DNA from: Eledone cirrhosa
Taxonomy: Eukaryota
DNA: 64,000 nt
NCBI GenBank assembly: GCA_964016885.1
Contig: OZ024746.1
Location: 100,750,001-100,814,000, forward strand
Reading direction: 5' to 3'
This document shows, piece by piece, positions 1 through 12,900 of this stretch. The notes under the pieces were generated by a model. It saw only the letters and a program-made list of their open reading frames with translations, was not told where the DNA came from and searched no databases. The first letter of the stretch is position 1. Every line of letters starts with the position of its first letter. The translations under genes and the position numbers were made by a program.

Positions 1-752
1 CTTGGTGGAACAAGAGAGACTATGTTTATAGATAATTGTGGACAGATACAGAGACTTGGTGGAACAGGAGAGACTGTATGTTTATAGATAATTGTTGACA
101 GATACAGAGACTTGGTGGAACAAGAGAGACTGTATGTTTATAGATAATTGTTGACAGATACAGAGACTTGGTGGAACAAGAGAGACTGTATGTTTATAGA
201 TAATTGTTGACAGATACAGAGACTTGGTGGAACAAGAGAGACTGTATGTTTATAGATAATTGTTGACAGATACAGAGACTTGGTGGAACAAGAGAGACTA
301 TGTTTATAGATAATTGTTGACAGATACAGAGACTTGGTGGAACAAGAGAGACTGTATGTTTATAGATAATTGTTGACAGATACAGAGACTTGGTGGAACA
401 AGAGAGACTGTATGTTTATAGATAATTGTTGACAGATACAGTGACTTGGTGGAACAGGAGAGACTGTATGTTTATAGATAATTGTTGACAGATACAGAGA
501 CTTGGTGGAACAGGAGAGACTGTATGTTTATAGATAATTGTTGACAGATGCAGAGACTTGGTGGAACAAGAGAGACTGTATGTTTATAGATAATTGTTGA
601 CAGATACAGAGACTTGTTGGAACAAGAGAGACTGTATGTTTATAGATAATTGTTGACAGATACAGAGACTTGTTGGAACAAGAGAGACTGTATGTTTATA
701 GATAATTGTTGACAGATACAGAGACTTGTTGGAACAAGAGAGACTGTATGTT
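1..752. repeat. 56-bp tandem minisatellite, ~13 copies visible, runs off the window start
   Basis: Unit CTTGGTGGAACAAGAGAGACTGTATGTTTATAGATAATTGTTGACAGATACAGAGA recurs at 1, 55, 111, etc. Confidence 0.95.
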
Positions 753-795
753 CACATGTTAATTTCGCAACTGATTCATATATATTCTTTTTTAG

Positions 796-946
796 ATTAT
801 TTCTAATAATTATTCCATGGGAGTTATTCTGAGCATACCACATTATTTAAGAAATTCGTCATCTGGCTTGTTAACTGGAGAGTCAACAGATCGGCAAAGT
901 ATTGATCCATCTTCTAAAAGTGAAGTGTATAATCTGTGGAAAGAAT
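796..946 (+). CDS. Exon a: probable VWD C-terminal part ([28 protein letters not shown]...YNLWKE)
   Basis: ttcttttttag acceptor and T|gtatgt donor, phase 0 to 1. The SGLL motif resembles the VWD end (T.GLLG). Confidence 0.75.
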
Positions 947-3900
947 GTATGTATTTTGATATTTTCTCTATCGTTTTTATATTTCTACATACTTCATCAT
1001 CATCTCCATCATTTTCCATCTATTCTTTTCATACTGGGGCAGGTTGGATGAGTCTTATAGACCAAATCAGTATATTATTGGTCATACTGGGGTAGCTTGG
1101 ATGAGTCTTATAGACCAAATCAGTATATTGGTCATACTGGGGTAGGTGATCCCATCTTGTCCCAATACATTCCACTTTTGATATAATTTATATGACTGGA
1201 TGCCTTCCTAACACCAACCAAATTTACAGAATGTATTGGGTGCATTTTATGGTCCCAGTACTAGGGAGGTCTTTGACATCACTAAAGGATCCTTCATTTT
1301 TTAATGTTATTTTTTTTTTCTTTTTGGAGGTCGGGATGGGGGCTGGATGCCTTTCTTAATACCAATCAATTTGTAGAGTGCACCAAGTGTCTTTTATAAT
1401 AGCACCAGCCTGAGAGATACCCTTGACAGGACTAAGTCCTCTCTGTACTACATTGTTATCATTCAAAGGCCAACCATACTACTGAGTGCAGCAAGTTTAT
1501 TTTACTATCAATGTTGCCTTATTGCAAGGCACATGTGATCAAGAATAGAAATAGAGGGAGCATGGTGGTAATAGGGAACATAAATATCTGACAAGTGTGA
1601 TAGGGTGGTATGGGAGTAATAGAGAGAGAGAGAGAGTAAAAATCACATGATTAGTTGTTGGTAAGAGATTGAATAGACAGCAGTAATAAAAAGATAGAGA
1701 CGGTAAAGTGAAGAATGGATATTAAGATAGGTGGCAATGGGTGGTAGATGTTAGCCAAGAACTCTATGTGGGAGAGAGAATGATGGTTGATGGTTGGAGA
1801 CTTGACAGGAGAGAGAGCTAGGTTAATATGGGAGCACACTACTCTATATTTACTATTGTATTTTCACAGTAAAGGCTTTACTTCACATAATATTAAATTT
1901 ATAAGACTTTGATGTCATTTATTTTGAGAACAATACCTTAACATAAGTATGAGGGGCTGGTTATGGCCAGTGAGAGAATTCTGGCCAGATACAGCCGGTT
2001 TAAATTCTAAAGTGTTAATAGTGGAGAATGATTGCCAGAGGACCAAATGTGGACAGAACAGATCTCTCCCTCATGGCAATATCAACTGTGTTATCAGCTA
2101 CACTCTTTATCCTTTACTGATCTGTCACATCTTCTCTGCTACTGAGAAGTTCAGCTCCTTGTGATCAGTCTTCAGCAGTTCACCTCATGTCTTTCTAAAC
2201 CACCATATCCACAGAATCTATCCACTGTTATATGGGAGACATAGATGATGAACATGGGGCAACAGAGAAGGCTGGATAGAGCTGAAATGAGAATTGTTTG
2301 GGAGATGTTTGGAGTATGATTCAGATAGAGGATGATAAACAGTGAATTTTAAAAAGACAGGGTGTTATATCTGCTGCCATAACAGAAGATGGCAACATGA
2401 CAGCTGCTTATGCTGTATCATCTGCACTAAATATTTTATGTTATAATGCCATTGCAGTATAACTAGTTTATTAAGTATAATAAATCTTAATATTTCAGAT
2501 CAAGTGAAAGAAAATCACTCTCTCTTCATCTCAAATTACAGTACTTTTAATTCCTCCAATATCTCAGAGAATCAGTTTATTAGCACTCTCAACAACCTCA
2601 CTGATTTAGTGACAACAGTTAATGTAACCAGTCAATGTGAAACTTGGGATATGCTTTGCATTTTCGCCATTGTTCTAAAGAAAAGTAACCTTGCTGATGA
2701 CATCAAGTTTTATAATAAGGAATATTTTAAAGAAATAGGTGAGTTTTGTCATTTTTTAAAACTTCATCTGAAATGTGATTTGATTATAAAGTAACTTGTT
2801 TTTATATTTACATAAATGTAGATGATAAGAAAAAGTGGAGAAGATTGTCATGGGACTTGTATGGCTAACCTGTGCTTTAGTAGGGAAGATAGTATTAAAA
2901 CACTTGTTTTTTTGTTTTATATGAATTTTTTAACATATTGGATGAAACATTAAACTGTTTTATTGATTACAATCATGTAAAATAGCTTGTCCCATGAAGA
3001 ATTTTTTAATTGTGACCACATCAAGTGCAGGTCTATCTTCAAGCGGATCAAGTCTGGCTTGGACCAGTCTGCCTCTATTCTGCCATGGCTCAATTTGGTA
3101 TCCTCTTCATCAACCAGTACCCCTCTTTATGACAAGTGCACTTGTATCAAAGTAGCCCAACACCTCGGCCTCCACACGTGTAAGCCACATGCCATTGTGG
3201 GGCTGTTGTCAGCTTGCACCCATTATTATGCTGCCAGAGTGCAGACAGGTCCCCCCAACATGCCACTCTCAATGACATAATGAGAAGGAGCCTCAAAGCA
3301 GCCAGCTTCAATCACAACTGGAGCCAGTAGGCCTTGATGGCGGAGACAGAAGTACCCTGATGGAATTATCCTCTTCCTTTTGATGGTGGTCTTGCTCTAC
3401 GTAAATGCTTGTCTCTCTCTCTCCCTTGTTTCATTTCCTCCAACCACACTTGCTTCACCCTAGTGAGCAATATCCTCTACTTTCAAACATGGACTAGCAC
3501 CAACAGGGAGTTGGATGAAGTCCTACTATGATGGAGAGAGTTGGGCTTGTCTGTTCCCGACAAGGTGGAGGACAAACAGAATCAGAGAGCTTGGGGCAGC
3601 ATACATTCAAAGGCCACCTTTGACTCTCTCTTTGACCAGTCAGATTAGTTCTCAAGGTACTGCTTACTGTCTGCCAGCACCAAATAGTTAGGTGACTGGG
3701 TTGATGCCCTATCCGTGGCTAACATTAGTGGCTTACTTAGCTTGGACAAACTTCGTGTCTCCATTGCCCTGAGAGTGGGAGCCGACATGTATGGGTCTCA
3801 AATGTCGGTGTTGCAAGATCCTCAACTCCACAGGCCTCCATGGTCTTTCTTGCTGCCTGAATGCCAGTCGTTTCGCACGTCACATTGAGTTAAACCTCAT

Positions 3901-6900
3901 CATCAAGAGAGCTTTGGCCTGGGCAAACATCCCCTTAATCTTGGAACCGTCTGGGTTGTCCACGAGTGATGGGAAAAGACCTGATGGCCTTACCCTGTGC
4001 CCCTGGTGCCTTATCTGGGATGTCACAGTTAGTGACTCTTTTGCTTCTTCCCACATCCTGGATGCTGCAGTTAGAGTGAGAGCCAAAGCTTCTGCAGCCA
4101 AACGGAACAAAATCCTGAAATACCGTGATCTGTCGGTTAACTATATCTTCCAGCTTGTGGCGTTCAAGACATTTGAGTGAGTCAGGCTGCAAACTGCTCG
4201 TGAGGGTGCTTGGCTGTTCCAGCGCATCAGCCTCGCCGTTGCCCAAGGTAACCCTGCGAGTATGTATTACCTGCTTGTGTGTTTTTTTTCTCTTTCTATT
4301 TGTAATATTCTGTTGACACTTAGAATTAACAAAAATATATATTTCTTTCATACTGCAATATTTTTAAACTGTATTCATGAATGTAAACTTTTATTGTGAT
4401 ATTTTAATGCGTGATTTATATATTATCTGTTCTTAGTATTATCTTGAGTAAATTATATTAGCAAACCATATTCAAGTATGGTTTACTAATTTGTTGTGAA
4501 ACTAACTCTATACCGAACTTGTCCTCTGGACTGAGTGCTCTACATACTATGGGTATAACCTCCCAGTTTTTTACCATTATATATATATATATTTCGTTTC
4601 TGAATTTTGTTTAGCAAGATTCTTTATCTGAAAACGTGTGTTGAAACCGATATTGTTATACTTTAGGAGAGTCATGTTGCCAATAAGAAACACATGCACC
4701 AGTTGCTTTCACTTCAATTTATTATAAATTTCCGGTTGGTTGGTTCCACAACCGGATGGTTGTTCATATATTGTCAAAGTTCTTTCGTCACACATTCTGT
4801 GACCTCTTCAGTGACTGGGGATTCTTTTCTTTGTTTTGTGCCTCCCCTTTGTTCTGTCCTACACCATCTTGTTTTTGTGTGTGTTGTGTGTGCTTAGTTT
4901 GCGCATGTGTTACATCCGGGTGTCTGTGTGTGTTTTTATTTGTTTATTTATTTGTTTATTTACATGTTACCAGTTAGTTGTTTGTTCTATGTGTGTGTGT
5001 TTTCATTTTGTCCTTAATTGTAAGTTGTGATGTTGCTATTTCATTCATGTTTTCTATTTAATTTTGGTTGGAGTTCATTTAAGTTTAATACCTCTGTGAT
5101 TTGTCTAAACATTGGTCTTTTCTGTGTGCAGATTTTATTTTTATTTCTATGTTCTCTAATTTGCCCTTATGTTCTATTTTAGCATGTTGGTGGAGTACTG
5201 ATGAGTCTTTTCTATCTTGGAGTTCTCGCCAGTGTTCATTTAATCGTTCTCCTATACTACGAGCTGTCTCACCTATGTACATTATATTCTTATCTTTACA
5301 TTGTCCTTCAGTACATCTTATGCTATATACTATGTTTCTAGTTTTACAGTTAACATGGGGGCTTAGTTTACAGATTATGCATTTCTTATCTATACAGGGA
5401 GGTCTTTGTATTACTAATAAGTGTTTTTATAGAGGTACCTGGTCTTTCCACTATTTTAATATTTAGTTTAAGTTTATCTAGGGCCCTTCTAAATTTGTAA
5501 GCTAGTTCACCTCTAGGGGTTGTATTGATGAACATTACACTCTGGTATTTATTGCTATCATACCATGAGTTTATTCTATTAACCTTATTCCTAGTTCTTT
5601 CTATTCTAATCCAAAATTTGCTCCTATACAAGGGGCAGGTCCCATTTGTATCATTATTTACCATTTTTTCCCATTTAGTTCTGGCTCCTCCATATACTCT
5701 AATTTTATCTCTCTGATTGTAACCAGAGAACTGCATACGGTGGATGAAGTGTTGTATGTGTCTCTCTAGTTCTTTGGGGTTGCACATGCGGGACACATTC
5801 CTCATCACCCTTACTAAGTCTGCAATTAATATGTTGATTTTGGTGTGGTCCGAAACAGCTGAGTTTCGGTGGATCAGGTATTTGGAGGTCATGGGTTTGG
5901 CATAATGGGAATGGAGGATTTGATGATCATTAAATTTGCTATGGTAAGATTCTTTTGTTATCTTAGCAATTTAATGTTCTTCCTAATGCATTGATTGGTT
6001 TTCAAAATTATTTAAATTTGTGTTTCCTATTCAACAATGCTTCAAGCAAGCTACAAAACTGTGTATATATATATAGTTTCAAAGGGTAAAGGATGACAAA
6101 TAAAACAACAAAGTAATGTTTTAACAAAGTAATATTTTAACATTGGAAATATTATGTTGAAATATACTGGGTAACAACATTACTTTGTTTTATTTGTCAT
6201 CCTTTACCCTTTATATATTTCTACCACATTGTACCAGCTTTTTGAAACTTATCAGTCTTTTATTACATATCTCACAGTACTTCATATTAACTCTAGTATG
6301 CCAGGCTGTTAACTTGTGGAGTTGTAGAAGTACCATATTTATATATGCCCTGTGTTGGCCATCTACATCTGGCAGAGGTCATGTCTCTCCAGATCTAAAC
6401 ACTGCTGATTCTTTCTGGAGAAAGAGAGTAAGAGTGAGAAAGAAGAAGTGAAAAAGACACATAGAGGAAGAATTAACCCAGTATAAGACTGGTACTTTAT
6501 CAACCTTGAAAAGATGAAAGACAAACTTGACCTTGTGGGATTTAGACTTCAACTGCAGATATCTATAATAAATACACCATTTTAAAAACTGTCAAATCAC
6601 TACCTTTGATATATATCGACACTTCAAGTTAACTCCCTGTAAAATTACAACTCTGTTAACTTTACCAAATTGATTTAGTTCTTGAGTCAGTTTGGTAGGG
6701 TTAGAAGAATAGTTATAATGGTTTCTTATATAAGCACAAGGCCAGCAATTTTGGGGGAGGGGAAAGTCGATTAAATTGACCCCAGTGAGTGACTGGTACT
6801 TTATTTTATTGAGCCTGTAAGGATGAAAGGCAAAGTTAACCTCGGCAGGATTTGAACTCACAATGTAAATGGCCGTAACTCTATGCTGCAAAGCATGGCG

Positions 6901-9900
6901 TCCGAGACTCTACTAATACTGGCAACCCAGCGCGGTCTAAGGCGCTAGACTCAAGGTATAATACAAGAATAATATAATTGTTTCTACTATTGGCACAAGG
7001 CCAGAAATTACCCAGTACATTACTGGTACTTTATTTTATCGACCCCGTAAGGATGAAAGGCAAAGTTAACCTCGGCGGGATTTGAACTCAGAATGGCAAG
7101 GGCTGTAACTCTATGCGTCAAAGCATGGCGTCCGACCCTCTACCGATACTGCCAATCCACCGCCCCACAAGAATAATATAATGAAGAGTAACCAGTGTGA
7201 TACCAACAATATCATAACTACATTTATGATAGAGTGAGGCTACTATGAGAATGAGTTAATTTGAAAGTAATCTCATTATTTTATAAAGAGCACACAAAAC
7301 AAATCCTTTATCTGTATCTATTTTAATACTGTATTTTGGTTTGTTGAGTAAAATCTTTAATTTATGTTTCTTTGCAGAGAATTTTCCTCCATTACTAGAA
7401 AATACTGTTAATAAATTATATTTGTCATCAGGGAAGGTTTCAATTCCTTTGAAAGTAGTTGATCGTAATAATGACAATTTCACTATCAAAATTGAAGGAA
7501 TACCAGAGAGTGATTATATATTTGGTAAATAAACTATTTTTATTAAATATTCTTAGCATCTGATATTTATATTTTATTTGGAGACACTATTAACAGGTCA
7601 GTGTAAATGCCTAAATCTGAAATTGTTCATTTTTTTCCTTTCTCCAAACCTAAGCTTGTTATCAGGAATCTAAATTCTAAAAAATGTAATTAATCACTAA
7701 CTCCTCATATAATGATTATGTCAGTACATCTTTACATCACATATCCTCTGACACAACTTTCTATGTTAAATTACCAAAATAGCCTTTCCTGTCATATCTG
7801 GAAGTTTTGAATATCCCACATACCAGAAACAATCAATTATTTGGTTGGATGTAAAGTTATTTCTTTATTATATCAATATATTTTTTTTAGAAATATTCAT
7901 CAGAAATGTTTACAGTTTCATTCTTACTAAATAAGGTGTGTTTTTTTGCTTTTGAATAAACTTTGAACAATAACATGATTTAAAGACAAAGAAAATAAAT
8001 AAAATGAATTTGGTATTGAATCCTAGAATAAAGTCTAAATATATTGTACACATAATATAAAATGAATCAATATTATGTGATTAAATTATATATTATATAA
8101 TATGTTATAGTTAAAAGAATAATTATATATTGCTATATATATAAATATATATATATATATTTGTTAAATCGCTTGTTAAATACGAGGACCTCATTCAATC
8201 ATTACCTTCTAGCTAGCTACCCAACACCCCTCCCTCCAGCCCCCACGCACCACCATTGTTATTACGTGGACCAATCATAAGCCAGAGCCCCCGCGTATCA
8301 CCATTATTATTACGCGGACCAATCATAAGTCAGAGGCCTATACTATCGCTTGCCTGGTTGCCTTTCGATATATGATGGATGGATGGACTACGGAATCCTG
8401 GAGAGTGGAAGAGAGAGAAAAATATGGACGCTCAGCAACAATGCCAAAGATAAAGACAAATTCACCCCGTGGACGAGAATGCGAGCACTCCTCTTTGTTT
8501 CGACCGCGGACGGCTAACATAACCCCATCTCCCCCCGTCCCCCACCGCCCCCACCCTCCAAACGCAATCCAAAACTTCAGAGTTGGTACCATAAATGTAG
8601 GCACCTTAAAGGGTCGCGCTAACGAGGTTGTAGAAATGCTTGAACGTAAGGAGGTCGATGTTTGTTGTATTCAAGAGACCAGGTGGAGGGGTGGGTCTGC
8701 TAGATTCATTGAGGGTAAAAAACAAAGTTATAAGCTTTTCTGGGTGGGAAACGACGATGGGTTGGGTGGAGTAGGAATCATGGTAGCAGAAAAGTGGGCA
8801 GATAAGATAATAGACGTAAATAGAGTGAACGACAGAATAATTAAAATAAGACTTGTCCTAAATAGAACTACTGTGACAATTATATCTGGGTATGCACCCC
8901 AATCTGAACTGCCTGGCGTTATAAAGGACAGGTTCTATGAGTTGCTAATGCTCACTACCTCCCAAATAACCGTCAGTGACTACATAATTATTGCTGGCGA
9001 CCTAAATGGTCATGTTGGACAACATTGTGACGGCTATGACGGAATCCATGGAGGTTATGGGTTGGTACTAGAAATGAGGAAGGCTTCAGAATCCTGGAAT
9101 TCTGTGACGCAAATAACCTAACTATCTGTAACACTAAATTAAAAAAACCTGACAATCACCTGATCACCTATAGATCCGGGGAACACACAAGCCAGGTAGA
9201 TTATATCCTTACCAGAAGACGTGACAGAGTGTCTGTTGTAAACACTAAATCCCTCCCCCATGAAGAATGCACCTCCCAACATAGACTGATAATTAGCGAC
9301 CTCATAGTCAGGACGAGACGTACTCGACAGCAGAAGAGGACTATCCTCAGGAGAAAAATATGGAAGTTAAAGGACCCCACAGCCAGAAATAAATTTCAAA
9401 GCATATTACTTGATGCTTTCAACAATAAGGAAGAGCATTTAGAGTCGGACAATATAGAGGGACAGTGGGAATTTCTGAAAGCAAACCTGCTGATGGCGAC
9501 AGACGAAGTCTGTGGCTGGAGCAGGCCTGTTGGCAGGAGGAGAGTAACATGGTGGTGGAACAGTAAGGTGGAGGGGTCAATTAAGGCCAAAAAGCAGGCT
9601 TGGAAAGTATGGCGGGATGGGGGAAGTAGAGAAGACTATCAAGTGGCCAGGAGGGAAGCTAGGAGACAAGTGTACTTCGCAAGAAGGGAAGCAGAGGAAA
9701 GAAAGTTCAAGCATGTTCTACAACGCGAGGACCAAAAACGTGAGGTGTTCAGGATTGCTAGGCAATGTGTCAAGGAAAACCGTGATATTGTCGGGGAGAA
9801 GTGTGTACTCAATGATGACGGCGTACTTGCCATCACCGACGCTGATAAGAAGGTAGCTTGGAAGTGTCACTATGAAAGGCTACTAAATGAGGAGAATAAA

Positions 9901-12900
9901 TGGGAGAAAGACAGTCTCCCCCACATCGACCCAATAGAGGGACCAGCAGTGTTAGTCGAGGGTAGTATAATAAGTAAGGCAATCAAGGATATGAAGACGG
10001 GTAAGGCGGCTGGACCTTCGGAAATAGTTGCTGAGATGCTGAAGGCATCTGGCACGGTGGGACACACCATGGTCTCCCGGATAGTTAACCAAGTCGTACA
10101 GAATGGGGTTGTTCCGAAGGACTGGCATAGCAGCATCATCGTTAACTGTTATAAGGGTAAATAAGATGCCCTAGATAGGAGTAACTATAGAGGCATTAAA
10201 TTAATCGACCAGGTCATGAAGGTCACGGAAAAAGTAATAGCGCAACTAATCAGAGAGAGAATTGACCCAGATGAAATGCAGTTCAGGTTTGTGTCAGGCA
10301 AAAGTACCACAGACGCTCTTTTCATTGTACGTCAACTACAGGAGAAGTACCTAGCTAAAGGTAAACCCCTCTACTTAGCTTTTGTCGACTTGGAGAAAGC
10401 CTTCGACAGAGTCCCCCGTTCCATTATCTGGTGGGCCCTTAGAAAACTAGGTGTCGACGAATGGCTTGTGAGAGCTATACAAGCCATGTATAAAGAAACA
10501 GTCAGCAAGGTTAGAATTAACAACGAATATAGTGAAGAGTTTAGCGTAAAAGTTGGCGTCCATCAGGGCTCTGTTCTCAGCCCCCTACTATTTATTATTG
10601 CCCTTCAGGCTATAACAGAGGAGTTCAAGACCGGCTGCCCATGGGAACTCCTATACACAGATGATCTAACGCTCATAGCTGAATCAATGACCGAACTAGA
10701 GAAGAAATTCCAAACATGGAAGCACGGCCTAGAATCAAAAGGCCTTAAAATTAACCTGGCTAAGACTAAAGTTCTAGTTTGTAGGAAAGAAAATAAGGCG
10801 GCGGTCCCTTCCGGGAAATGGCCATGCTCAGTGTGTAGGAAAGGCGTAGGTAGAAACTCCATTTTATGTCCCAAATGCAAAGTATGGGTGCATAAAAGAT
10901 GTAGTGGGATCACAGGTAAGCTAACTAAGAACATAGATTTTACATGTGGGCGGTGCTCTGGTGCAATAAGTAGCAGCAAGTGCCCACAAAATACTAGCTC
11001 TTACAACTCCATAGAGGGCTCTATAGAAATAGTGGACAGCTTCCGTTACCTGGGTGACAAAATCAGCAGTGGGGGAGGGTGCTCTGAAAGTACAGTAGCT
11101 AGAGTCAGAACTGGGTGGAAAAAGTTCAGAGAGCTTATACCACTATTAGCCGCTAAAGGGTTCTCCCTAAAAATGAAAGGCAGGTTGTATGATGCCTGCA
11201 TACGAACAGCAATGTTGCATGGCAGTGAGACCTGGGCATTGTGTGCAGAGGATATACGCAGACTAGAGAGGAATGAAGCTTGCATGTTCCGCTGGATGTG
11301 TAACAGTAATATACGTGAACGGCAAAGCATAAACGAACTAAGGAAAAAATTAGAAATAAGAGGGATCAGATGTTGTTTACTCGAGAGAAGGCTACGTTGG
11401 TATGGACACGTGATGCGCATGAAAGTCGATAGCTGTATAACAAAGTGCAGGGCAATAAAGATAGACGGTAGCCACGGAATAGGCAGACCTAGAAAAACCT
11501 GGGACGAGCTGATAAACTCCGACCTCACACACTTACACCTCTCCAAGACAATGTCACTGGACCGAGACCTTTGGCGGTACTCAGTAATAGAGAAGACCCG
11601 CCTTACCTAAATACATAGTAAAACCTACTACAGCCAGTAGGCATCTCTAACAAAATACACCCTCGTCCCACCACCCCCACCTCATCCACACCACCCCCTC
11701 CTATGTAAAGTTATGTTGGTGCCACACCATCCAGGCCGAAACAAATGAGATCGTGTAGGTGTCACGACAAAAAAACACACAGTCCACGCTATAATGTGGC
11801 CGTGTAGGCAACACGGTAAAAACCTCCCAGCCCCACACTGTAAATGTGGTTGGTGTTAGGAAGGGCATCCAACTGTAGAAAACCTGCCAGACAGTCCTAT
11901 GCGAGCAAGACAATCACTCTTGCCTCAAGTGGGAATACCCCCGTCCAAACCCATGCAAGTGTGGAACTCGGACGTTAAACGTTGATGATGATGATAAGCA
12001 GTGTCACAGCCAATGTAATATATCCAGAATGTGGTTATTGTTAATTGAAAATTCTACACATAACTGTGTGTGAGGTATAAAGGGAGGGGAATTATGTAAT
12101 TCTTTTCATAACTTCATTATATAGTGTCTGTTAAACAACCTTGCTATCCATTTTACTAAAGTAACATAACAATATCTTAACTTTTAACATCCTGTATGAA
12201 TCTAGCAGAAAATATCTAAAAACAGGTTTGTTAATTCATATGTTTATAGTATCTTTATTAGTGGACAAATCATTATATAAATTTTATGTTTCAAGAATGT
12301 TTTTGATTATGCAGTTTCAAGTGGTACAGGATATTAAGTTATTGTTGTTACTAATGAAAAAAATCTAACTCAATTTTTACAAATGAATTAATTAACCTCT
12401 TGTAGCTATTAATGGTGAACAAAATTGAAATATTCCTATTAAAACAAAAGACAAAGTAAAAATGGCTGATGTGGTTATTTTTATTGTAACAAGAAGAAAC
12501 CTTCCATGGGGTGAATAACTTACAGTGTGATTAATAAGAAGTTATAACACATTTATCTCTTCAGAAAATGGTTCTTTGAATTGGAATCCAAATCTAAGTA
12601 GTTTACCAATCTCCTTGAAAGTTTTGGCTATTGATAATGGTAATGCGACTTCTCTCTATTGGCCAGAGTTATTATATTGTAACTGTAAAGAAAATGAATA
12701 TTGTAAAATAAAAAATATTTCAGAACGGATGTTTTCTCTAAAAAATAGGCGTAAGTATACTCTTTTACCTGTTCCAGCCATTTTCTGTATATGTGTGTGT
12801 CTACCTCTCTCATTTGATAGAGCGTGTATGTATATATATGTATATGTGTGTGTGTGAGTGGGTGGATGTATGTGCACATACGTATACATGTATATGTGAG

